Positions 29,661-44,999 of a stretch of 64,000 bases of DNA are shown here, one piece after another; the stretch's first letter is position 1, and the number at the start of each line of letters is the position of its first letter. Source of the stretch: Eledone cirrhosa (taxonomy: Eukaryota); contig OZ024743.1 in NCBI GenBank assembly GCA_964016885.1, positions 210,800,001 through 210,864,000 on the forward strand, written 5' to 3'. The notes below the pieces were generated by a model. It was not told the origin of the DNA. It saw only the letters and a program-made list of their open reading frames with translations, and did no database searches. The position numbers and the translations under genes were made by a program.

Positions 29661-32600
29661 ATGAATGCTCTTCACTCCATAAGATATACCACAGTTTACC
29701 ATCCTATAGCCACAGATAAAAGCTCTTCACCCCATAAGATATACCACAGTTTACCATCCTATAGCCAGGTGAAAGCTCTTCACTCCATCAGATATACCAC
29801 AGTTTACCATCCTATGGCCACACATGAAAGCTCTTCACCCCATAAGATATACCACAGTTTACCATCCTATGGCCACACATGAAAGCTCTTCACTCCATAA
29901 GATATACCACAGTTTACGATCCTATAACCACAGATGAAATCTCTTCACTCCATAGGATATACCACAGTTTACCATCCTATAGCCACACATGAAAGCTCTT
30001 CACCCCATAAGATATACCACAGTTTACCATCCTATAGCCACACATGAAAGCTCTTCACTCCATAAGATATACCATAGTTTACCATCCTATAGCCACACAT
30101 GAAAGCTCTTCACTCCATAAGATATACCACAGTTTACCATCCTATAGCCACACATGAAAGCTCTTCACTCCATAAGATATACCACAGTTTACCATCCTAT
30201 AGCCACACATGAAATCTCTTCACTACATAAGATATACCACAGTTTACCATCCTGTAGCCAGATGAAAGCTCTTCACTCCATAAGATATACCACAGTTTAC
30301 CATCCTATAGCCACACATGAAAGCTCTTCACTCCATAAGATATATCACAGTTTACCATCCTATAGCCACACATGAATTCTCTTCACTACATAAGATATAC
30401 CACAGTTTACCATCCTGTAGCCAGATGAAAGCTCTTCACTCCATAAGATATACCACAGTTTACCATCCTATAGCCAGATGAAAGCTCTTCACTCCATAAG
30501 ATATACCACGGTTTACCATCATATAGCCACGGATGAATGCTCTTCACTCCATAAGTTATACCACAGTTTACCATCCTATAGCCACAGATAAAAGCTCTTC
30601 ACCCCATAAGATATACCACAGTTTACCATCCTATAGCCAGATGAAAGCACTTCACTCCATAAGATATACCACAGTTTACCATCCTATGGCCACACATGAA
30701 AGCTCTTCACCCCATAAGATATACCACAGTTTACCATCCTATCGCCACACATGAAAGCTCTTCACTCCATAAGATATACCACAGTTTACCATCCTATAAC
30801 CACACATGAAAGCTCTTCACTCCACAAGACATACGAGTTTACCATCCTATAGCCACAGATGAAAGCTCTTCACTCCATCAGATATACCAAAGTTTACCAT
30901 CCTATAGCCACAGATGAAAGCTCTTCACTCCATAAGATATACCAGTTTACCATCCTAAAGCCACACATGAAAGCTCTTCACTCCATAAGATATACCACAG
31001 TTTACCATCCTAGAGGCAGATGAAAGCTCTTCACTCCATAAGATATACCACAGTTTACCATCCTATAGCCACAGATGAAAGCTCTTCACTCCATAAGATA
31101 TACCACAGTTTACCATCCTATAGCCACACAGGAAAGCTCTTCACTCCATAAGATATACCACAGTTTACCATCCTATAGCCACACATGAGCTCTTCACTCC
31201 ATAAGATATACCACAGTTTACCATCCTATGGCCACACATGAAAGCCCTTCACCCCATAAGATATACCACAGTTTACCATCCTATGGCTACACATGAAAGC
31301 TCTTCACTCCATCAGATATACCACAGTTTACCATCATATGGCCATACATGAAAGCTCTTCACTCCATAAGATATACCACAGTTTACCATCCTATAGTCAC
31401 AGATGAAAGCTCTTCACTCTATAAGATATACCACAGTTTACCATCCTATACTCAGATGAAAGCTCTTCACTCTATAAGATATACCTCAGTTTACCAACCT
31501 ATAGCCACTGATGAAACTCTTCACTCCATAAGATATACCACAGTTTAAAATCCTGTAACCAGATGAATGCTCTTCACTCCATAAGATATACCACAGTTTA
31601 CCATCCTATAGCCACAGATAAAAGCTCTTCACCCCATAAGATATACCACAGTTTACCATCCTATAGCCAGGTGAAAGCTCTTCACTCCATCAGATATACC
31701 ACAGTTTACCATCCTATGGCCACACATGAAAGCTCTTCACCCCATAAGATATACCACAGTTTACCATCCTATGGCCACACATGAAAGCTCTTCACTCCAT
31801 AAGATATACCACAGTTTACGATCCTATAACCACAGATGAAATCTCTTCACTCCATAGGATATACCACAGTTTACCATCCTATAGCCACACATGAAAGCTC
31901 TTCACCCCATAAGATATACCACAGTTTACCATCCTATAGCCACACATGAAAGCTCTTCACTCCATAAGATATACCATAGTTTACCATCCTATAGCCACAC
32001 ATGAAAGCTCTTCACTCCATAAGATATACCACAGTTTACCATCCTATAGCCACACATGAAAGCTCTTCACTCCATAAGATATACCACAGTTTACCATCCT
32101 ATAGCCACACATGAAATCTCTTCACTACATAAGATATACCACAGTTTACCATCCTGTAGCCAGATGAAAGCTCTTCACTCCATAAGATATACCACAGTTT
32201 ACCATCCTATAGCCACACATGAAAGCTCTTCACTCCATAAGATATATCACAGTTTACCATCCTATAGCCACACATGAATTCTCTTCACTACATAAGATAT
32301 ACCACAGTTTACCATCCTGTAGCCAGATGAAAGCTCTTCACTCCATAAGATATACCACAGTTTACCATCCTATAGCCAGATGAAAGCTCTTCACTCCATA
32401 AGATATACCACGGTTTACCATCATATAGCCACGGATGAATGCTCTTCACTCCATAAGTTATACCACAGTTTACCATCCTATAGCCACAGATAAAAGCTCT
32501 TCACCCCATAAGATATACCACAGTTTACCATCCTATAGCCAGATGAAAGCACTTCACTCCATAAGATATACCACAGTTTACCATCCTATAGTCACAGATG

Positions 32601-33400
32601 AAAGCTCTTCACTCCATAAGATATACCACAGTTTACCATCCTATACCCAGATGAAAGCTCTTCACTCCATCAGATATACCACAGTTTACCATCCTATGGC
32701 CACACATGAAAGCTCTTCACCCCATAAGATATACCACAGTTTACCATCCTATCGCCACACATGAAAGCTCTTCACTCCATAAGATATACCACAGTTTACC
32801 ATCCTATAACCACACATGAAAGCTCTTCACTCCACAAGACATACGAGTTTACCATCCTATAGCCACAGATGAAAGCTCTTCACTCCATCAGATATACCAC
32901 AGTTTACCATCCTAGAGGCAGATGAAAGCTCTTCACTCCATAAGATATACCACAGTTTACCATCCTATAGCCACAGATGAAAGCTCTTCACTCCATAAGA
33001 TATACCACAGTTTACCATCCTATAGCCACACAGGAAAGCTCTTCACTCCATAAGATATACCACAGTTTACCATCCTATAGCCACACATGAGCTCTTCACT
33101 CCATAAGATATACCACAGTTTACCATCCTATGGCCACACATGAAAGCCCATCACCCCATAAGATATACCACAGTTTACCATCCTATGGCTACACATGAAA
33201 GCTCTTCACTCCATCAGATATACCACAGTTTACCATCATATGGCCATACATGAAAGCTCTTCACTCCATAAGATATACCACAGTTTACCATCCTATAGTC
33301 ACAGATGAAAGCTCTTCACTCTATAAGATATACCACAGTTTACCATCCTATACCCAGATGAAAGCTCTTCACTCTATAAGATATACCACAGTTTACCATC
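29661..33400. repeat. Recent tandem duplication, 1902-bp unit (~35 monomers)
   Basis: ORF pairs 29661/31563, 30154/32056, 30533/32435 and 31348/33250 all differ by 1902. Private variants GCCAGGTG, TAGAGGCAG (31011 and 32913), CAGGAAAG and CATGAGCTC each occur once per copy. Confidence 0.93.
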
Positions 33401-36400
33401 CTATAGTCACAGATGAAAGCTCTTCACTCCATAATATATACCACAGTTTACCATCCTATACCCAGATGAAAGCTCTTCACTCTATAAGATATACCTCAGT
33501 TTACCAACCTATAGCCACTGATGAAACTCTTCACTCCATAAGATATACCACAGTTTAAAATCCTGTAGCCAGATGAAAGCTCTTCACCCCATAAGATATA
33601 CCACAGTTTACCATCCTATAGCCAGATGAAAGCTCTTCACTCCATAAGATATACCACACTTTACCATCCTATAGCCAGATGAAAGCTCTTCACTCCATAA
33701 GATATACCACACTTTACCATCCTATAGCCAGATGAAAGCTCTTCACTCCATAAGATATACCACAGTTTACCATCCTATGGCCACACATGAAAGCTCTTCA
33801 CCCATAAGATATACCACAGTTTACCATCCTAGAGCCAGATGAAAGATCTTCACTCCATAAGATATACCACAGTTTACCATCCTATAGCCAAACATGAAAG
33901 CTCTTTACTCCATAAGATATACCACAGTTTACCATCCTATAGCCACACATGAAATCTCTTCACTATATAAGATATACCACAGTTTACCATCCTGTAGCCA
34001 GATGAAAACTCTTCATTCCATAAGATATACCACAGTTTACCATCCTATAGCCACAGATGAAACTCTTCACTTCATAAGTTATACCGCAGTTTACCATCCT
34101 ATAGCCAGATGAAAGCTCTTCACTCCATAAGATATACCGCAGTCTACTATCCTATTGCCACACATGAAAGCTCTTCACTCCATAAGATATACCACAGTTT
34201 ACCATCCTATAGCCAGATGAAAGCTCTTCACTCCATAACATATACCACAGTTTACCATCATATAGCCACAGATGAAAGCTCTTCACTCCATAACATATAC
34301 CACAGTTTACCACCCTATAGCCAGATGAAAGCTCTTCACTCCATAAGAAATACGAATTTACCATCCTATAACCACAGATGAAAGATCTTCACTCCATCAG
34401 ATATACCACAATTTACCATCCTATAGCCACAGATGAAAGCTCTTCACTCCATAAGATATACCAGTTTACTATCCTAAAGCCACAGATGAAAGCTCTTCAC
34501 TCCATAAGATATACCACAGTTTCCCATCCTATAGCCACACATGAAAGCTCTTCACTCCATAAGATATACCACAGTTTACCATCATATAGCCACGGATGAA
34601 TGCTCTTCACTCCATAAGATATACCACAGTTTCCAATCCTATAGCCACACATGAAAGCTCTTCACTCCATGAGATATACCACAGTTTACCATCATATAGC
34701 CACGGATGAATGCTCTTCACTCCATAAGATATACCACAGTTTACCATCCTATAGCCACAGATAAAAGCTCTTCACCCCATAAGATATACCACAATTTACC
34801 ATCCTATACCCAGATGAAAGCTCTTCACTCCATCAGATATAACACAGTTTACCATCCTATAGCCACACATGAAAGCTCTTCACTCCATAGGATATACCAC
34901 AGTTTACCATCCTATAGCCACACATGATAGCTCTTCACTCCATAAGATATACCACAGTTTACCATCCTATAGCCACACATGAATGCTCTTCACTCCATAA
35001 GATATACCATAGTTTACCATCCTATAGCCACACATGAAAGCTCTTCACTCCATAAGATATACCACAGTTTACCATCCTATAGCCACACATGAAAGCTCTT
35101 CACTCCATAAGATATACCACAGTTTACCATCCTATAGCCACAGATGAAAGCTCTTCACTCCATAAGATATACCACAGTTTACCATCCTATGGCCACACAT
35201 AAAAGCTCTTCACCCATAAGATATAGCACAGTTTACCATCCTTTCGCAAGATGAAAGCTCTTCACTCCATAAGATATACCACAGTTTACCATCCTATAGC
35301 CACACATAAAAGCTCTTCATTCCATAAGATATACCACAGTTTACCATCCTATAACCACACATGAAAGCTCTTCACTACATAAGATATACCACAGTTTATC
35401 ATCCTGTAGCCAGATGAAAGCTCTTCACTCCATAAGATATACCACAGATTACCATCCTATAGCCACACATGAAAGCTCCTCACTCCATGAGATATACCAG
35501 TTTACCATCCTATAGCCACAGATGAAAGCTCTTCACTCCATAAGATATACCACAGTTTACCACCCTATAGCCAGATGAAAGCTCTTCACTCCATAAGATA
35601 TACGAGTTTACCATCCTATAGACACAAATGAAAGCTCTTCACTCCATCAGATATACCACAGTTTACCATCCTATAGCCACAGATGAAAGCTCTTCACTCC
35701 ATAAGATATACCAGTTTACCATCCTAAAGCCACAGATGAAAGCACTTCACTCCATAAGATATACCACAGTTCACCACCCTATAGCCAGATGAAAGCTCTT
35801 CACTCCATAAGATATACCACAGTTTACCATCCTATAGCCACACATGAAAGCTCTTCACTCCATAAGATATACCACAGTTTACCATCATATAGCCTTGGAT
35901 GAATGCTCTTCACTCCATAAGATATACCACAGTTTACCATCCTATAGCCACAGATGAAAGCTCTTCACCCCATAAGATATACCACAGTTTACCATTCTAG
36001 AGCCAGATGAAAGCTCTTCACTCCATAAGATATACCACAGTTTACCATGCTATAGCCACAGATGAAAGCTCTTCACTCCATAAGATATACCACAGTTTAC
36101 CATCCTATAGCCACACATGAAAGCTCTTCACTCCATAACATATACCACAATTTACCCTCCTATAGCCACACATGAGAGCTCTTCAATCCATAAGATATAC
36201 CACAGTTTACCATCCTATGGCCACACATGAAAGCCCTTCAGCCATAAGATATACCACAGTTTACCATCCTATGGCTACACATGAAAGCTCTTCACTCCAT
36301 AAGATATACCACAGTTTACCATCATATGGCCATACATGAAAGCTCTTCACTCCATAAGATATACCACAGTTTACCATCATATAGCCACAGATGAAAGCTC

Positions 36401-39400
36401 TTCACTCCATAAGATATACCACAGTTTACCATCCTATAGTCACAGATGAAAGCTCTTCACTCCATAAGATATACCACAGTTTACCATCCTATACCCAGAT
36501 GAAAGCTCTTCACTCCATAAGATATACCTCAGTTTATCAACCTATAGCCACTGATGAAACTCTTCACTCCATAAGATATACCACAGTTTAAAATCCTGTA
36601 GCCAGATGAAAGCTCTTCACCCCATAAGATATACCACACTTTACCATCCTATAGCCAGATGAAAGCTCTTCACTCCATAAGATATACCAGAGTTTACCAT
36701 CCTATAGCCACAGATGAAAGCTCTTCACTCCATAAGATATACCACAGTTTACCATCCTATGGCCACACATGAAAGCTCTTCACCCATAAGATATACCACA
36801 GTTTACCATCCTAGAGCCAGATGAAAGCTCTTCACTCCATAAGATATACCACAGTTTACCATCCTATAGCCACACATGAAAGCTCTTCACTCCATAAGAT
36901 ATACCACAGTTTACCATCCTATAGCCACACATGAAATCTCTTCACTCCATAAGATATACCACAGTTTACCATCCTATAGCCAGATGAAAGCTCTTCACTC
37001 CATAAGATATACCACAGTTTACCATCCTATAGCCACAGATGAAAGCTCTTCACTCCATAACATATATCACAGTTTACCACCCTATAGCCAGATGAAAGCT
37101 CTTCACTCCATAAGATATACGAATTTACCATCCTATAGCCCCAGATGAAAGCTCTTCACTCCATCAGATATACCACAGTTTACCATCCTATAGCCACAGA
37201 TGAAAGCTCTTCACTCCATGAGATATACCATTTACCATCCTAAAGCCACAGATGAAAGCTCTTCACTCCATAAGATATACCACAGTTCACCACCCTATAG
37301 CCAGATGAAAGCTCTTCACTCCATAAGATATACCACAGTTTCACATCCTATAGCCACACATGAAAGCTCTTCACTCCATAAGATATACCACAGTTTACCA
37401 TCATATAGCCACGGATGAATGCTCTTCACTCCATAAGATATACCACAGTTTACCATCCTATAGCCACAGATAAAAGCTCTTCACCCCATAAGATATACCA
37501 CAGTTTACCATCCTATAGCCAGATGAAAGCTCTTCACTCCATAAGATATACCAGAGTTTACCATCCTATACCCAGATGAAAGCTCTTCACTCCATCAGAT
37601 ATACCACAGTTTACCATCCTATGGCCACACATGAAAGCCATTCACCCCATAAGATATACCACAGTTTACCATCCTATGGCTACACATGAAAGCTCTTCAC
37701 TCCATAAGATATACCACAGTTTACCATCATATGGCCATACATGAAAGCTCTTCACTCCATAAGATATACCACAGTTTACCATCATATAGCCACAGATGAA
37801 AGCTCTTCACTCCATAAGATATACCACAGTTCACTATCCTATAGTCACAGATGAAAGCTCTTCACTCCATAAGATATACCACAGTTTACCAACCTATAGC
37901 CACTGATGAAACTCTTCACTCCATAAGATATACCACAGTTTAAAATCCTGTAGCCAGATGAAAGCTCTTCACCCCATAAGATATACCACACTTTACCATC
38001 CTATAGCCAGATGAAAGTTCTTCACTCCATCAGATATACCAGAGTTTACCATCCTATAGCCACAGATGAAAGCTCTTCACCCATAAGATATACCACAGTT
38101 TACCATCCTAGAGCCAGATGAAAGCTCTTCACTCCATAAGATATACCACAGTTTACCATCCTATAGCCACACATGAAAGCTCTTCACTCCATAAGGTATA
38201 CCACAGTTTACCATCCTATAGCCACACATGAAATCTCTTCACTACATAAGATGTACCACAGTTTACCATCCTAGAGCCAGATGAAAGCTCTTCACTCCAT
38301 AAGATATACCACAGTTTACCATCCTATATCCACACATGAAAGCTCTTCACTCCATAAGATATACCACAGTTTACCATCCTATAGCCACACATGAAAGTTC
38401 TTCACTCCATAAGATATACCACAGTTTACCATCCTATGGCCACACATAAAAGCTCTTCACCCATAAGATATACCACAGTTTACCATCCTTTCGCAAGATG
38501 AAAGCTCTTCACTCCATAAGATATACGACAGTTTACCATCCTATAGCCACACATGAAAGCTCTTCATTCCATAAGATATACCACAGTTTACCATCCTATA
38601 GCCACACATGAAAGCTCTTCACTACATAAGATATACCACAGTTTATCATCCTGTAGCCAGATGAAAGCTCTTCACTCCATAAGATATACCACAGATTACC
38701 ATCCTATAGCCACACATGAAAGCTCCTCACTCCATGAGATATACCTCAGTTTACCAACCTATAGCCACAGATGAAAGCTCTTCACTCCATAAGATATACC
38801 AGTTTACCATCCTATAGCCACAGATGAAAGCTCTTCACTCCATAAGATATACCACAGTTTACCACCCTATAGCCAGATGAAAGCTCTTCACTCCATAAGA
38901 TATACGAGTTTACCATCCTATAGCCACAGATGAAAGCTCTTCACTCCATCAGATATACCACAGTTTACCATCCTATAGCCACACATGAAAGCTCTTCACT
39001 CCATAAGATATACCACAGTTTACCGTCCTATAGCCACAGATGAAAGCTCTTCACACCATAAGATATACCAGTTTACCATCCTAAAGCCACAGATGAAAGC
39101 ACTTCACTCCATAAGATATACCACAGTTCACCACCCTATAGCCAGATGAAAGCTCTTCACTCCATAAGATATACCACAGTTTACCATCCTATAGCCACAC
39201 ATGAAAGCTCTTCACTCCATAAGATATACCACAGTTTACCATCATATAGCCTTGGATGAATGCTCTTCACTCCATAAGATATACCACAGTTTACCATCCT
39301 ATAGCCACAGATGAAAGCTCTTCACCCCATAAGATATACCACAGTTTACCATTCTAGAGCCAGATGAAAGCTCTTCACTCCATAAGATATACCACAGTTT

Positions 39401-41634
39401 ACCATGCTATAGCCACAGATGAAAGCTCTTCACTCCATAAGATATACCACAGTTTACCATCCTATAGCCACACATGAAAGCTCTTCACTCCATAAGATAT
39501 ACCACAGTTTACCCTCCTATAGCCACACATGAGAGCTCTTCACTCCATAAGATATACCACAGTTTACCATCCTATGGCCACGCATGAAAGCCCTTCACCC
39601 CATAAGATATACCACAGTTTACCATCCTATGGCTACACATGAAAGCTCTTCACTCCATAAGATATACCACAGTTTAAAATCCTGTAGCCAGATGAAAGCT
39701 CTTCACCCCATAGGATATACCACACTTTACCATCCTATAGCCAGATGAAACCTCTTCACTCCATAAGATATACCAGAGTTTACCATCCTATAGCCACAGA
39801 TGAAAGCTCTTCACTCCATAAGATATACCACAGTTTACCATCCTATGGCCACACATGAAAGCTCTTCACCCATAAGATATACCACAGTTTACCATCCTAG
39901 AGCCAGATGAAAGCTCTTCACTCCATAAGATATACCACAGTTTACCATCATATACCCAGATGAAAGCTCTTCACTCCATAAGATATACCTCAGTTTATCA
40001 ACCTATAGCCACTGATTAAACTCTTCACTCCATAAGATATACCACAGTTTAAAATCCTGTAGCCAGATGGAAGCTCTTCACCCCATAAGATATACCACAC
40101 TTTACCATCCTATAGCCAGATGAAAGCTCTTCACTCCATAAGATATACCAGAGTTTACCATCCTATAGCCACAGATGAAAGCTCTTCACTCCATAAGATA
40201 TACCACAGTTTACCATCCTATGGCCACACATGAAAGCTCTTCACCCATAAGATATACCACAGTTTACCATCCTAGAGCCAGATGAAAGCTCTTCACTCCA
40301 TAAGATATACCACAGTTAACCATCCTATAGCCACACATGAAAGCTCTTCACTCCATAAGATATACCACAGTTTACCATCCTATAGCCACACATGAAATCT
40401 CTTCACTCCATAAGATATACCACAGTTTTCCATCCTATAGCCAGATGAAAGCTCTTCACTCCATAAGATATACCACAGTTTTCCATCCTATAGCCAGATG
40501 AAAGCTCTTCACTCCATAACATATACCACAGTTTACCACCCTATAGCCAGATGAAAGCTCTTCACTCCATAAGATATACGAATTTACCATCCTATAGCCC
40601 CAGATGAAAGCTCTTCACTCCATCAGATATAACACAGTTTACCATCCTATAGCCACAGATGAAAGCTCTTCACTCCATGAGATATACCATTTACCATCCT
40701 AAAGCCACAGATGAAAGCTCTTCACTCCATAAGATATACCACAGTTCACCACCCTATAGCCAGATGAAAGCTCTTCACTCCATAAGATATACCACAGTTT
40801 CACATCCTATAGCCACACATGAAAGCTCTTCACTCCATAAGATATACCACAGTTTACCATCATATAGCCACGGATGAATGCTCTTCACTCCATAAGATAT
40901 ACCACAGTTTACCATCCTATAGCCACAGATAAAAGCTCTTCACCCCATAAGATATACCACAGTTTACCATTCTAGAGCCAGATGAAAGCTCTTCACTCCA
41001 TAAGATATACCACAGTTTACCATGCTATAGCCACAGATGAAAGCTCTTCACTCCATAAGATATACCACAGTTTACCATCCTATAGCGACACATGAAAGCT
41101 CTTCACTCCATAAGATATACCACAATTTACCCTCCTATAGCCACACATGAGAGCTCTTCAATCCATAAGATATACCACAGTTTACCATCCTATGGCCACA
41201 CATGAAAGCCCTTCACCCCATAAGATATACCACAGTTTACCATCCTATGGCTACACATGAAAGCTCTTCACTCCATAAGATATACCACAGTTTACCATCA
41301 TATAGCCACAGATGAAAGCTCTTCACTCCATAAGATATACCACAGATTACCATCCTATAGTCACAGATGAAAGCTCTTCACTCCATGAGATATACCACAG
41401 TTTACCATCCTATACCCAGATGAAAGCTCTTCACTCCATAAGATATACCTCAGTTTATCAACCTATAGCCACTGATGAAACTCTTCACTCCATAAGATAT
41501 ACCACAGTTTAAAATCCTGTAGCCAGATGAAAGCTCTTCACCCCATAAGATATACCACACTTTACCATCCTATAGCCAGATGAAAGCTCTTCACTCCATA
41601 AGATATACCAGAGTTTACCATCCTATAGCCACAG

Positions 41635-42390
41635 ATGAAAGCTCTTCACTCCATAAGATATACCACAGTTTACCATCCTATGGCCACACATAAAAGCTCT
41701 TCACCCATAAGATATACCACAATTTACCATCCTAGAGCCAGATGAAAGCTCTTCACTCCATAAGATATACCACAGTTTACCATCCTATAGCCACACATGA
41801 AATCTCTTCACTCCATAAGATATACCACAGTTTACCATCCTATAGCCACACATGAAATCTCTTCACTCCATAAGATATACCACAGTTTACCATCCTATAG
41901 CCAGATGAAAGCTCTTCACTCCATAAGATATACCACAGTTTACCATCCTATAGCCACAGATGAAAGCTCTTTACTCCATAACATATACCACAGTTTACCA
42001 CCCTATAGCCAGATGAAAGCTCTTCACTCCATAAGATATACCACAGTTTACCATCCTATGGCCACACATAAAAGCTCTTCACCCATAAGATATACCACAA
42101 TTTACCATCCTAGAGCCAGATGAAAGCTCTTCACTCCATAAGATATACCACAGTTTACCATCCTATAGCCACACATGAAAGCTCTTCACTCCATAAGATA
42201 TACCACAGTTTACCATCCTATAGCCACACATGAAATCTCTTCACTCCATAAGATATACCACAGTTTACCATCCTATAGCCAGATGAAAGCTCTTCACTCC
42301 ATAAGATATACCACAGTTTACCATCCTATAGCCACAGATGAAAGCTCTTCACTCCATAACATATACCACAGTTTACCACCCTATAGCCAG
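41635..42390. repeat. Tandem duplication of a 378-bp (7-monomer) block
   Basis: The monomer CATAAAAGCTCTTCACCCATAAG...CACAATTT has its TAAAAG at 41691 and 42069. ORFs start at 41797 and 42175. Confidence 0.9.
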
Positions 42391-44999
42391 ATGAAAGCTC
42401 TTCACTCCATAAGATATACGAATTTACCATCCTATAGCCCCAGATGAAAGCTCTTCACTCCATCAGATATACCACAGTTTACCATCCTATAGCCACAGAT
42501 GAAAGCTCTTCACTCCATGAGATATACCATTTACCATCCTAAAGCCACAGATGAAAGCTCTTCACTCCATAAGATATACCACAGTTCACCACCCTATAGC
42601 CAGATGAAAGCTCTTCACTCCATAAGATATACCACAGTTTCACATCCTATAGCCACACATGAAAGCTCTTCACTCCATAAGATATACCACAGTTTACCAT
42701 CATATAGCCATGGATGAATGCTCTTCACTCCATAAGATATACCACAGTTTACCATCCTATAGCCACAGATAAAAGCTCTTCACCCCATAAGATATACCAC
42801 AGTTTACCATCCTATAGCCAGATGAAAGCTCTTCACTCCATAAGATATACCAGAGTTTACCATCCTATACCCAGATGAAAGCTCTTCACTCCATCAGATA
42901 TACCACAGTTTACCATCCTATGGCCACACATGAAATCCCTTCACCCCATAAGATATACCACAGTTTACCATCCTATGGCTACACATGAAAGCTCTTCACT
43001 CCATAAGATATACCACAGTTTACCATCATATGGCCATACATGAAAGCTCTTCACTCCATAAGATATACCACAGTTTACCAACCTATAGCCACTGATGAAA
43101 CTCTTCACTCCATAAGATATACCACAGTTTAAAATCCTGTAGCCAGATGAAAGCTCTTCACCCCATAAGATATACCACACTTTACCATCCTATAGCCAGA
43201 TGAAAGTTCTTCACTCCATAAGATATACCAGAGTTTACCATCCTATAGCCACAGATGAAAGCTCGTCACTCCATAAGATATACCACAGTTTACCATCCTA
43301 TGGCCACACATGAAAGCTCTTCACCCATAAGATATACCACAGTTTACCATCCTAGAGCCAGATGAAAGCTCTTCACTCCATAAGATATACCACAGTTTAC
43401 CATCCTATAGCCACACATGAAAGCTCTTCACTCCATAAGGTATACCACAGTTTACCATCCTATAGCCACACATGAAATCTCTTCACTACATAAGATATAC
43501 CACAGTTTACCATCCTAGAGCCAGATGAAAGCTCTTCACTCCATAAGATATACCACAGTTTACCATCCTATATCCACACATGAAAGCTCTTCACTCCATA
43601 AGATATACCACAGTTTACCATCCTATAGCCACACATGAAAGTTCTTCACTCCATAAGATATACCACAGTTTACCATCCTATGGCCACACATAAAAGCTCT
43701 TCACCCATAAGATATAGCACAGTTTACCATCCTTTCGCAAGATGAAAGCTCTTCACTCCATAAGATATACCACAGTTTACCATCCTATAGCCACACATGA
43801 AAGCTCTTCATTCCATAAGATATACCACAGTTTACCATCCTATAGCCACACATGAAAGCTCTTCACTACATAAGATATACCACAGTTTATCATCCTGTAG
43901 CCAGATGAAAGCTCTTCACTCCATAAGATATACGAGTTTACCATCCTATAGCCACAGATGAAAGCTCTTCACTCCATCAGATATACCAGTTTACCATCCT
44001 ATAGCCACACATGAAAGCTCTTCACTCCATAAGATATACCACAGTTTACCATCATATAGCCTTGGATGAATGCTCTTCACTCCATAAGATATACCACAGT
44101 TTACCATCCTATAGCCACAGATGAAAGCTCTTCACCCCATAAGATATACCACAGTTTACCATTCTAGAGCCAGATGAAAGCTCTTCACTCCATAAGATAT
44201 ACCACAGTTTACCATGCTATAGCCACAGATGAAAGCTCTTCACTCCATAAGATATACCACAGTTTACCATCCTATAGCCACACATGAAAGCTCTTCACTC
44301 CATAAGATATACCACAGTTTACCATCATATGGCCATACATGAAAGCTCTTCACTCCATAAGATATACCACAGTTTACCATCATATAGCCACAGATGAAAG
44401 CTCTTCACTCCATAAGATATACCACAGTTTACCATCATATGGCCATACATGAAAGCTCTTCACTCCATAAGATATACCACAGTTTACCATCATATACCCA
44501 GATGAAAGCCTTCACTCCATAAGATATACCTCAGTTTATCAACCTATAGCCACTGATGAAACTCTTCACTCCATAAGATATACCACAGTTTAAAATCCTG
44601 TAGCCAGATGGAAGCTCTTCACCCCATAAGATATACCACACTTTACCATCCTATAGCCAGATGAAAGCTCTTCACTCCATAAGATATACCAGAGTTTACC
44701 ATCCTATAGCCACAGATGAAAGCTCTTCACTCCATAAGATATACCACAGTTTACCATCCTATGGCCACACATGAAAGCTCTTCACCCATAAGATATACCA
44801 CAGTTTACCATCCTAGAGCCAGATGAAAGCTCTTCACTCCATAAGATATACCACAGTTTACCATCCTATAGCCACACATGAAAGCTCTTCACTCCATAAG
44901 ATATACCACAGTTTACCATCCTATAGCCACACATGAAATCTCTTCACTCGATAAGATATACCACAGTTTACCACCCTATAGCCAGATGAAAGCTCTCCA

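Noticed and set aside
3927-43180. Minus-strand ORFs (3927, 25586, 34152, 42965)
   Set aside because: These are antisense translations of the same repeat, opened by sporadic point variants.
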